A DNA stretch of 61,342 nucleotides, counting the filler. It is 5 parts of 5 records of this genome, joined end to end, with 100 filler letters (N's around TTAATTAATTAA, not from the genome) between each part and the next. Parts side by side here need not be neighbours in the genome. Positions count along the whole stretch, not along the records: positions 45,209 to 53,369 come from SRR31147125_748; positions 53,470 to 61,342 come from SRR31147125_763; 3 more parts are not named here. One strand, given 5' to 3'. Below, piece by piece: positions 52,221 to 61,342 of the stretch. Each line of letters opens with the position of its first letter. Position 1 is the first letter of the stretch. The notes below the pieces were generated by a model. The model had not been told where the DNA came from. It did not search any database and saw nothing but the letters and a program-made list of their open reading frames with translations. The translations under genes and the position numbers were made by a program.

Positions 52221-52619
52221 GAAATTCTGTTTAAAGTAGAGATGTACTAATTCTTCTTCAGACAATATGATTCAAAATACGAACAGTTGTCAGTTGTCGG
52301 TTACTTGTTTAAAATTTAGAATTGGTCAGTGATCTTGAATCTTGGCTCTGCCTTAACAGTTAACATATTATTGCATTTTTTGCACGTTCATCTGTTTAAA
52401 GCAATGGTTCGATTAAAAAAATGGACAGTTCATATAAAAGAAGGAAACAAACAGAAGCCTTTAGCTATAGATTAATTAAATTTCGAAGTTCAAAAATTTC
52501 ACAAAAAGCTGTTAACTATGAACAACAATACACATAACATAGACCCCAATCCACTTAATCTACTAAGGGTAAATGGTCGTCAGTTACCCCTTTTTCAAGC
52601 AGGCGGGCTTACTTTACAT

Positions 52620-52657
52620 GTAGTTTGGTCAAATTTCTCCCCGATTGACCAAACTAC
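52620..52657. repeat. 13-bp perfect inverted repeat
   Basis: GTAGTTTGGTCAA-N12-TTGACCAAACTAC. Confidence 0.7.
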
Positions 52658-52894
52658 TAGCTCGTTAGCATTACCGGGAATTAAATCATTCCACCCTCAA
52701 GCTCGTTTACATGAATAAATAAAAAGGAAACACCACCCGCATGACAGTTTGGCTGTTCTTTTTAAAAAAATGACAAACTATCAGCTCGTTAACCCAATCT
52801 TTTAAAAAGCTGAGTTAACTCTACCAAACACCCCTTTCCCATAATTCAAGATGCTGGGAAAGAACAATTATCAACATAGAAAATTAAAAAAATT

Positions 52895-53369
52895 ATGATT
52901 CAAGTACCTTTTTCACATTTAAGCACCAAGGAATTATATACCCTGGCTTTACGTGCTAAAAATTTATGCTCATCAATTGACACAGAAGCTACCGGACTTA
53001 CTTTGTTTTTCAATCATTTTACTGAGCAGTTCGCCAACTACGAACAAGCCATGCACAAAATTCCGGCAATGGCCGAAGAAGTAAGCATGGCCGATAGCAA
53101 AAGAGATGAACTGCTAATTGACTTAAGGCCAATCTACGTTCGTATAAATACCATCCGGAACAGGCAAAAAAGGAAGCTGCCACTAGTATATTAAACACAA
53201 TCAATTATAACGGACAAAACATACAAAACCTAAGCTACAAAGTTGAAACTGCAATTTTGGAAAAAATAATTGCAGACATCGATGCAAATTACCTTAACGC
53301 CTTATCCTTATTAGGTCTTACAGAATGGTACAATCAGCTAAAACAAGCCCAAATCGGATTTGAAGAAAA
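52895..53369 (+). CDS. DUF6261-family helical protein; frameshift near 53124, 3'-truncated
   Basis: ADSKRD, then in the shifted frame YHPEQAKKEAA..LSYKVETA..LGLTEWYNQLKQAQIGFEE. Confidence 0.75.
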
Positions 53370-53469
53370 NNNNNNNNNNNNNNNNNNNNNNNNNNNNNNN
53401 NNNNNNNNNNNNNTTAATTAATTAANNNNNNNNNNNNNNNNNNNNNNNNNNNNNNNNNNNNNNNNNNNN
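53370..53469. other. Artificial contig spacer
   Basis: N44-TTAATTAATTAA-N44. Confidence 0.99.
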
Positions 53470-53605
53470 ATGGAAATATATGAAAAAATGGGATATTCCT
53501 CTCAAAAAACCGGGAACGAATGTCGGCCTTTTATGATGGATTGAAACACCCCATTCAATGCTTGGAAGGTAGTATTCATTGGCTTCAGAAGACTTCGGGA
53601 CAGAA

Positions 53606-54810
53606 ATGATGGCGCATAAAAAAACATACAATATCCTGATGTACTCCCATGATACCTATGGGTTGGGGCACATCCGTCGAACCATGGCCATTGCCTCCAA
53701 TTTGAAGGCCAAAGGGATCAATATCCTGATTCTAACCGGTTCTCCCATTGCCGGTCGATTTGATTTTCCTCCCCAGATCGATTTTATCCGCATTCCCGGT
53801 ATGATTAAAAAGACCAATGAAGAGTATCTACCTCACTCCATAAAAATCAATCCCGCCCATGCCATGGATATTCGGCAGAATATCATCGCCGCAACAACCA
53901 AAGCATTCAAGCCGAATCTCTTTATTGTGGATAAAGAACCCCTTGGATTGAAGAAAGAGATTCTACCGACCCTCGAGTGGATCCGAAGACACCTTCCGGA
54001 CACCCAAACCGTGATGGGGCTGAGAGATATCATGGATGATGCCGATACCATACAGGAAAACTGGCATCGAAGGGGCACCTATGACGTTTTCAAAAGACTC
54101 TACAGCGAGATCTGGGTGTACGGCGTACAAACCATCTACGATCCGGTAAAAGAGTATGCCATTCCCGATGACATTAAACCGAAAATCCATTTTACAGGCT
54201 ATATTCCCCGTCGGATTCCGGCATCGAAAGAGGTGATCAAGGAACGAAAGAGCAATGGGATCAAAAAGAGGATAAACTGGTTGTGGTTACCACCGGTGGC
54301 GGCGGTGACGGATATGCTATCATCGATAATTACTTGAAAATCTTCGAAACCGATCCCAAACGAATGGCAATGAAAAGCATCATCATATCCGGTCCATTTA
54401 TGTCCGCATCAAAGCGGAAAAATATTATTAAACGATCCAGAGCATTGGGCATCAAGGAATTCAAATTTTACCGACAGATGGAAAAACTGATGGCTGGCGC
54501 CGATGCCGTCATCACCATGGGAGGATACAATACCCTTTGTGAGCTGATGAGCCTGAAAATTCCAACACTTGTTGTGCCCAGAGAGACACCGAGACTGGAG
54601 CAATTGATTCGAGCGGAACGGTTTCATCAGTGCGGGCTGGTGGATTTCATTCAGTGGGATCTGCTGACGCCTGAGCGGTTGGCGGAGCGGATCATATCCC
54701 TTCTTGACATGCCGATGAGCAGGCAGCAAGCCATGGAAGCATTCCCTCTGACCGGAATTGAAGTCATGCGTCGCAGAATAGAATTTTTCAGAAATGGAAA
54801 TGGACTGTAA
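53606..54810 (+). CDS. GT-B glycosyltransferase (COG4671/GT28-like); frameshift near 54265
   Basis: YSHDTYGLGHIRR, VDKEPLG, GLRDIMD, FTGY, then TTGGGGDG, GPFM, MGGYNT, PRLEQLIRA. Confidence 0.9.
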
Positions 54811-54829
54811 AAAGAGAGTGAAGAGAGAA

Positions 54830-56214
54830 ATGAAAGAAAGTGAAAAAAAACAAATGAGAAACCGGTTTTGGGAATGATCCTAAAAGGATATCCGCGCATC
54901 TCCGAGTCGTTTATCTCCAACGAGATCCTGCTGTTGGAACGATTGGGGGTCAAGATTCATCTTTTTTCCATGCGTCATCCCAGGGAATCCTTTACCCATA
55001 AAAGTGTGCGGGAGATCCGGGCTAATGTCGATTATCTTCCCCACGAAATCATGAGATTTTTACCCTTGTTTCTCTATCATAACATTCGATTCGGATTAAG
55101 GAATCCCATTCGATACTTAAAAGCCGTGCAGGTGGCCTTTCGGCGATTCCTGAGAACCCGGAAATCAGCCACCATCAAACATTTGCTTCAAGCCGGATTG
55201 ATTGCAGACAAACTGTTGCCGGGCAGAGGGATCGTGCATCTTCATGCCCATTTCGCCCACTCTCCCACATCGGTGGCCATGTTTGCCAGTCAACTGACCG
55301 GTATTGATTTCAGCTTCACCGGACATGCCAAGGATATCTACACCAGCGATCCCAGGCAGCTTAAAGAGAAGATCGGGCTTGCCAAGTTTGTGGTGACCTG
55401 TACGGAGTATAATCAGCGCTATTTGACCGCTGTTTCTAACGGTCGGAAAAGTATCCATGCCGTCTACCACGGCATCGATCTCAATCTATTCGGATTGAAT
55501 AGCGAGGTGCCGGACTCCCTGAAAAAACCGGAACAATTGCCCCATGAAGTGTCATCTCATGTCGCGTCACCCCATGAAGAAGAGGCGCAAAAAGAGGATC
55601 AGAAAAAAGATCCGGCTCTCCTATCTGTTGCAGTCGAACCGCCTTATCAAATATTCACTGTCGCCAGAATGGTTGTGAAAAAAGGATTGCCGACGGTCTA
55701 TCGCGCCTTGGCAATTTTAAAAGAAAGAGGTGTGCCGTTTCAACACACGCTTGTGGGAGACGGAGACGAGCGGGAGAACATCCTGGCCCTCATTAAAGAT
55801 CTTGGACTTGAAAATGAGTGTCGATGGCTGGGGACGTTGACCCACGAAGAGGTGATCGGTCACTACCGAAAATCCCATGCGTTTGTGTTGGGGTGTGAGG
55901 TGGCCGCTACCGGGGATCGAGACGGGATTCCCAATGTGTTTGTTGAGAGTATGGCCATGGGCGTGCCGGTGGTCTCCACAACGATCTCCGCCATTCCCGA
56001 GATTATCATACAAGGTGAGACCGGATCGATGGTGCCGCCAAAGGATCCGGAGGCCCTTGCAGATGCGCTTCATACTATTCTGACCGATGGCAATTTAAGG
56101 GCAAGAGTGATTTCTGGAGCCAAAAGACGGGTCGGGCAGTTGTTCGACAATAAAAAGTTGATTGAAACATTGGCGCGAATTTACCGTGAAGAACAGCCGC
56201 TTCTGAATTCTTAG
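54830..56214 (+). CDS. Glycosyltransferase family 4; probable frameshift in the A8 run near 54845
   Basis: LKGYPRISESFI, HAHFAH, HAKDIY, VARMVVKKG, DRDGIPNVFVESMAMG. Confidence 0.92.
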
Positions 56215-56313
56215 GGAGCCGGCGATTACCGATTTGTCAAGAATGCTCGATCATCACCTCACCCCCATTCCCCTCTCCATCAATGGCGGGGGGACGCTCA
56301 GTTGAGTTAATTT

Positions 56314-57114
56314 GTGCCAAACATAAATCTCTTGATGCGAACTGAAGATGCTACCGGTGTGTATTCTCCCAAGTATACGGAACTGATTTTGATGCGTCAT
56401 GCCGAAACCGAATGGAATCGGCGGAAACTGATTCAAGGCCATCTGGATTCCCCTTTGACTCCTTTAGGTGAGCAAATGGCCTTTGAATGGGCGCAAGTGT
56501 TGAAATCACTTGAAGCAACAGAGGGGCCCTTTACAAGAATTATCTCCAGTGATTTAGGAAGAGCCGTCAAGACGGCACAATTGATCAACAAAACCCTGAT
56601 GCTTCACCATGCAATAGAGCCCGGTGTGAAAGAGATGAATTGGGGAGAGTGGAGCGGCGGTATTTATAAAGAGATCCGGAAAGCATCAAAACAGGCGGTG
56701 CGAAAACAGGTGCATCTTTGCTGGAAATTTCAGCCTCCCGGTGGAGAGAGCCGAATCGATGTGCTCCACAGAACCCTCGACAGTTTGATGGAGATCGCTG
56801 AAAAGTGTCTCATTGACAGCAAAACCAGTACCAAAATCGATACCAATACTACTACTACTACTAATAATATCGATACGGATACCCCCCCCATTGGGAATAG
56901 CGTCGAAAAAATTCTGGTTGTTACCCATGGCGGCGTCATCCGGTGTCTGATCAACTATTTTTTGAATCGGAGTTTCATGTGGGATGAGCCGGATATCATG
57001 AAACCCTACCATCTGCATCGATTTTTGTATAACCATGACGCGATGGTCATCATCTTGAAGCAGGAAAATGCACTGGCGCTTCCTACAGGCATCTCAGCAC
57101 CGACTTTGGAATAG
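56314..57114 (+). CDS. Histidine phosphatase / phosphoglycerate-mutase family
   Basis: LMRHAETEWN, QGHLDSPLT, SSDLGRA, EMNWGEWSG, PPGGES, VTHGGV. Confidence 0.92.
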   Translation: MPNINLLMRTEDATGVYSPKYTELILMRHAETEWNRRKLIQGHLDSPLTPLGEQMAFEWAQVLKSLEATEGPFTRIISSDLGRAVKTAQLINKTLMLHHAIEPGVKEMNWGEWSGGIYKEIRKASKQAVRKQVHLCWKFQPPGGESRIDVLHRTLDSLMEIAEKCLIDSKTSTKIDTNTTTTTNNIDTDTPPIGNSVEKILVVTHGGVIRCLINYFLNRSFMWDEPDIMKPYHLHRFLYNHDAMVIILKQENALALPTGISAPTLE

Positions 57115-57120
57115 CGAACA

Positions 57121-58536
57121 ATGAAAATATTTCTTTACTGTCAACATGTATTGGGCATGGGGCACTTTTTCAGAGCCCTAGAAATCTGCAATGCACTGAA
57201 AAATCACGACGTGGTGCTGGTCACCGGCGGCTCTCCCGTAAATGCCCCTTTTCCCGATCATGTCCGTGAGATCCGTCTGCCGCCATTAATGATGGATGCA
57301 GATTTTAAAGGGATTTATTCTCCGCAAGAGGGGAAAAGTGTGGACGAGGCAAAGGCGGAGCGAAAGGCATTTTTGCATCGCTGCTTTCGCGAGGAACATC
57401 CGGATGTGTTGATTGTGGAGTTGTACCCATTTGGCAGAAAGGCATTCCGGTTTGAGCTTGATCCGGTTTTGGAAGATATCAAAAATAGAGTGTTGCCCCT
57501 GTGTCGGGTGGTGTGCAGTTTAAGGGATATCCTGGTGGAAAAGGATGATGTGGATGCCTATGAGAAAAGAGTCATTAAAACCCTGAACCGATATTTCGAT
57601 GCCCTGCTCGTGCACGCTGATCCTGAAGTGCTGCGATTGGATGAAACATTTTCACGGATGAACGATCTCACCATTCCCATCCATTATACCGGATTTGTAG
57701 CCCCAATGCCGGACAACGGTGCTGCCGAGAAATATCAAGGGATTCAGCACCATCAAAGCAAGCGACAAAAAGATCGACGGGGACGGGAAGATCAAAGAGA
57801 AGGCTGCTTGGAAAATGGTCGGGAAAATGGAGACAAAAACCGGCAACAGGGAAAGCAGAGGGCAATAAAACAGATCCTGGCCGGCATTGGCGGGGGAAGT
57901 GTGGGAGAGGAACTGCTGATGGCGGTTGGGAAGGCGATTGCCCGGATGAACCGTTCCGATATCCATCTGAAAATGTTTACCGGTCCGTTCATGAACAATG
58001 AAACCTATGAAAAACTGACGGCGTTTCGATCGGCAACCGTTTCGGTGGCGCGTTTTTCATCCGATTATCTGAATCTCATGGCGGCATCGGATCTTTCCAT
58101 CAGTATGGGAGGATACAACACCAGCATGAATATTCTGGCGGCAAATGTCCCTGCCCTGGTATGGCCTTTTTCACAAAATCGGGAGCAGCGACTGAGGGCG
58201 GAAATCCTTGCCCGCAAACATCCTTTGACGGTGCTGACGGATCATGATCTTGATCCGGAGCGGTTAGCCCAAAAGATTGGAACGATACTGGAACTCGAAC
58301 CCGAATTAAAATCAGTATCGCAATCACAATTAGAATCAGAAGCTAAAAATCAGTTCCCCTTGGGTGCTGAAAAGAAAGGGGTAGGTTGTAAAAAACATAA
58401 ACAATTCGGTATTGATCTTACCGGAGCTCAGACCAGTGCCGACATCATTGAGTCGCTTGGTGAGTCCCCTAATCTGGGCAAGACGGAATCAAGGGGCTCG
58501 ATTTCTTTCCCAAAACGGCATGAGAATCGGAAATAG
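57121..58536 (+). CDS. GT-B glycosyltransferase (COG4671/GT28-like)
   Basis: YCQHVLGMGHFFR, ELYPFGR, SLRDILV, YTGFV, GGGSVG, SMGGYNT, EQRLRA. Confidence 0.9.
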   Translation: MKIFLYCQHVLGMGHFFRALEICNALKNHDVVLVTGGSPVNAPFPDHVREIRLPPLMMDADFKGIYSPQEGKSVDEAKAERKAFLHRCFREEHPDVLIVELYPFGRKAFRFELDPVLEDIKNRVLPLCRVVCSLRDILVEKDDVDAYEKRVIKTLNRYFDALLVHADPEVLRLDETFSRMNDLTIPIHYTGFVAPMPDNGAAEKYQGIQHHQSKRQKDRRGREDQREGCLENGRENGDKNRQQGKQRAIKQILAGIGGGSVGEELLMAVGKAIARMNRSDIHLKMFTGPFMNNETYEKLTAFRSATVSVARFSSDYLNLMAASDLSISMGGYNTSMNILAANVPALVWPFSQNREQRLRAEILARKHPLTVLTDHDLDPERLAQKIGTILELEPELKSVSQSQLESEAKNQFPLGAEKKGVGCKKHKQFGIDLTGAQTSADIIESLGESPNLGKTESRGSISFPKRHENRK

Positions 58537-58550
58537 GGGGCCCGGATCCT

Positions 58551-59563
58551 TTACTGAAGCCCTTTGAGGGTGAGCTCACTGCTTATCGGGGCAATGAGTC
58601 GTTGAAAATCTTCCCGTTGAATCACCTCTTCAAGCGGCCCTACAGCCACAGGGGAACCATTGGACAAAAATACCAGCGTATCAGCCAGGGCCATGATCTC
58701 CTTGAATGAGTGGGTCACATAGAGGATGGGAACGGAAAATTCCTTGGATAGCTTTGAAATAAATGGCAGCACTTCCGATTTTCGTGATGCATCCAAAGAG
58801 GCCAAGGGTTCATCCATCAGCATCAGGATCGGACTTGTCAAAAGTGCCCTTCCAATGGCCACCCGCTGCTTCTCTCCCCCGACAACGTGGCCGGGTGCCT
58901 CTTTAATAGATGACCGATTCCTAACAGCGCCACCACAGGATCGAACGGAACGAACCGATCATCCGGTTTGACCCGTTTCATGCCGTATAAGAGATTGTTG
59001 TGGACGGAGAGGTGGGGAAAGAGTCGACCGTCCTGGAATACATAGCCGAATCGGCGTTTTTCCGGCGGCATATCGATGTTTTTCTTTGAATCGAACACAG
59101 TATGCCCGTTGATGCGGATATACCCGCTATCGGGACGGCTCAACCCGGCGACCATGTTGATAATGGATGTCTTTCCGGCGCCGGAATGGCCGAAAAGCGC
59201 TGTCACACCGCTGCTTTTTGCCGTGAAGTGACACGATATGGTGAAGTTGCCCTGGGTTTTGTTTAAAAGGATATCTACCGGCTTTTGCTTCTGTTTTTGC
59301 GCATCATTCAAATTGCCTGAAAATTTGACGGAAGCGTGCATGTCAAAAGAACCGGAGCTGGTGAGACGGCCATCGCCATGATTGTTGCATTGCACTGTTT
59401 CGTGATTTATGGGGTCAACCAGAGTGCCGTTATTCATACGCATACCATCTTCATCCATTTCACCGTTGTCGTTTTTTTTTATATAATAGACCCTGCCGTT
59501 GCAGGGTTTCGGACTTTTATGACTTGTTGGGTCAGGTGGCCTGACATGGCCGTTATTTATCAT
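58551..59563 (-). CDS. modC: Molybdate ABC transporter ATPase; frameshift near 58877; N-terminal extension, no TOBE domain
   Basis: [23 protein letters not shown](GEKQRV)AIGRALL, LMDEP, YVTH; break in a G-run. Confidence 0.9.
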
Positions 59564-59567
59564 GAGA

Positions 59568-60271
59568 TCACGTTTTTCCTTTTATGCGCCGCTCTATACG
59601 ACGGGCCGTAAGATCCGATGCCACCAGGGCAATCAATGCCACAACAGCTGAGATCATACAGAGCCTCATGGCTCCGGCCTCTCCACCGGGCATCTGGGTT
59701 AAGGTGTAGAGGGCCAAGGGCAGGGTACGGGTTTCGCCGGGAATATTGGAGACAAAGGTGATGGTGGCACCGAATTCACTCAAACTCCGGGCAAATGCCA
59801 GGATGACACCGGTGATGATTCCCGGCACAATCAAGGGGAGTGTCACGGTGAAAAAAAGATCCAACGGTTTGGCACCAAGGGTGCGGGCGGCCTGCTCCAG
59901 TCCTTGATCCACCCCTTCGATGGAGAGACGAACCGCCCGAACAAGAAGAGGGAATGCCATGACTGCCGAGGCCAGGGCAGCCCCTTTCCAGTTAAATGCA
60001 AAGGTAAAACCGGTCAGCTTGAAAAGAAGGCTACCGACCGCCCCTTTTTTCCCATGAGAAGTAGCAACATGTAACCGGTGACCACCGGCGGTAGCACCAA
60101 GGGCAGATGAACCAAGCCGTCCACCAGAAATTTTCCAGGGAAATTTTTTCTGGCAAGAATCCAGGCAACCAAAATACCCGGTGCCAGGCTGCCGGAGACA
60201 GCCCAAAATGAGACCCATAGACTCAGCCTCAAGGCTTCGAGTTCCACAGAAGTCAATGTGAAGAGTTCCAT
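59568..60271 (-). CDS. modB: Molybdate ABC transporter permease; frameshift near 60045
   Basis: HLPLVLPPVVTGY, AFPLLVR, EQAARTLGA, FARSLSEFGATI, ETRTLPLA. Confidence 0.93.
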
Positions 60272-60356
60272 TATTAAATGTTCCGTGTTTTCATGTTTGG
60301 AGACACGTGTTTGGGGACAAACTTACACTCTGTTCCCGGTGGTTCCGACGCCCTCG

Positions 60357-61202
60357 TTACTTGGTGACAAAACCGTATGTTTCAAAGATCTTTTTGGCAT
60401 CGGGCAATGTCAGAAATTTTAAAAATGCTTTTGCCGTGTGGCTGTTTTTCCCTTTAATTAGCGCCACCGGATAGGTGATGGGAGGATGGCTCTTTTCCGG
60501 GAAAATCGCTACAACCTTCACCTTTTTGGAAATGGCTGCATCTGTGGAGTAGACAATCCCAAAAGGCGCTTCCGCCCGTTCCACCAAAGCCAGGGCCGCG
60601 CGGACATCTTTAGACCGGGCCACTTTAGGGGCGACCGGTTGCCATGATCCCAGATTTTCCAGGGCCTGTTTACCGTAAATTCCTGCCGGAACATGATCCG
60701 GGTCTCCCATGGACAGTTTCTCGTCTCCCAACAGGGCGGCCAGATCGAAACCGGGGGCGATGGTGATCTGTTTTTGCGTTAGCGGGCTCTCCAGGGGGGC
60801 GATCAGTACCAGGCGGTTTCCGAGAAGATCAACACGGGTTTTCGGTTCAATGAGTTCGTTTTTTTCAAGAAAATTCATCCATTTGGGATTCGCTGAGAGA
60901 TAAATATCCGCCGGAGCGCCTTGATCGATCTGTTTGGCCAAGGTGGATGAGGCGGCAAAGGATGGCGTGGCCTTTCCCAGCTTCTTTTCATTGAAGAGAT
61001 TGCAGATGTCGGTCATTGCATTGATGGTGGATCCTGCGGAAAACACACTTACTTTTTGAGCGGCATCAACAGATGGGGGAAACACAGCGAAGATGGAAAT
61101 TGAAAAAAAACTGAAGAGAGCGATCGTCAACAGTCGGAAGAGAGTGTAAGTACCCATGGATAGAAGCTTGAAACGTTCGGGGAATTTGGAATTAGGTATC
61201 AT
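60357..61202 (-). CDS. modA: Molybdate ABC transporter substrate-binding protein
   Basis: SAGS, FAASSTLAKQI..GAPADIYLSAN, NRLVLI, HVPAGIYG, DVRAAL, VYSTDA. Confidence 0.95.
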   Translation of the reverse strand: MIPNSKFPERFKLLSMGTYTLFRLLTIALFSFFSISIFAVFPPSVDAAQKVSVFSAGSTINAMTDICNLFNEKKLGKATPSFAASSTLAKQIDQGAPADIYLSANPKWMNFLEKNELIEPKTRVDLLGNRLVLIAPLESPLTQKQITIAPGFDLAALLGDEKLSMGDPDHVPAGIYGKQALENLGSWQPVAPKVARSKDVRAALALVERAEAPFGIVYSTDAAISKKVKVVAIFPEKSHPPITYPVALIKGKNSHTAKAFLKFLTLPDAKKIFETYGFVTK

Positions 61203-61320
61203 TGGTCATTTTCCTGTTGGTTTGAAGGTGTAAATCCAGCATCAATTGCAATTGAGCGTTGTCATAACAGCCATGGCAGGCATCTGCCACAACAAAGGAT
61301 GAAAACTCACAGCGCATTGA

Positions 61321-61342
61321 CCGTGAGATATTCATATAACGG
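61321..61342. promoter_or_regulatory. Possible ModE-type operator upstream of modA
   Basis: Near-palindrome CCGTGAGAT-ATTC-ATATAACGG; the right half resembles the ModE half-site TATATAACG; lies at the window edge. Confidence 0.5.

Noticed and set aside
53470-53544. Short ORF at the start of contig 5
   Set aside because: Probably the tail of a truncated gene; 24 codons are too few to identify.
5189-60271. About 12 split genes (TonB receptor, GH3, esterase, YesN, Omp85 fusion x2, recG, DUF6261, two GTs, modC, modB) as pseudogenes, phase variation or programmed frameshifts
   Set aside because: Breaks are mostly single-base indels in short homopolymers, occur in four unrelated contigs including housekeeping recG, and both halves are otherwise intact. 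Sequencing error is the parsimonious cause.
1-61342. CRISPR arrays, rRNA, transposases, integrases, phage genes
   Set aside because: No regularly spaced repeat-spacer array or such coding motifs seen; the remaining short ORFs in the track overlap confident genes and are treated as spurious.

Overview
This window is not one locus. It holds five unrelated contigs joined by artificial 100-nt spacers (N44-TTAATTAATTAA-N44 at 21096-21195, 35633-35732, 45109-45208 and 53370-53469), so gene neighbourhoods across spacers mean nothing. Many genes are split by single-base indels, mostly in homopolymers, which are probably sequencing errors. Contig 1 (1-21095, Bacteroidota-like) has a GH2 glycosidase, then a displaced tRNA-Pro 3' end (attR-like island boundary), then a SusD-less glycoside locus: membrane AraC, two small beta-barrel paralogs, TonB receptor, TolC/MFP/RND pump, two SGNH/CE6-like esterases, two GH3 enzymes and an alpha/beta esterase. 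Two matching operator-promoter units head this locus. Contig 2 (21196-35632, very AT-rich anaerobe) has a NifX/ferredoxin-ATPase operon with operators, GH31, GH43, sugar-binding proteins and an XylFII-LytS-YesN-like sensor. Contig 3 (35733-45108) is a mosaic of a GC-rich glycosidase-like gene, Ca2+ P-type ATPase, PL8 lyase and DUF4097 protein. Contig 4 (45209-53369, Bacteroidota-like) has a Pycsar-effector-like membrane domain, a ~1200-aa degenerate-metallophosphoesterase/kinase-like/Omp85 fusion, a histidine-phosphatase-like protein, recG and DUF6261. Contig 5 (53470-61342, Desulfobacterales-like) has a glycosyltransferase/phosphatase cluster with unusual loop expansions and modABC. The best candidates for an undescribed system are the island-borne import-hydrolyse-efflux locus (contig 1) and the Pycsar-effector + pseudophosphatase-kinase-Omp85 operon (contig 4). 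All family calls come from motif recognition; no database searches were run.
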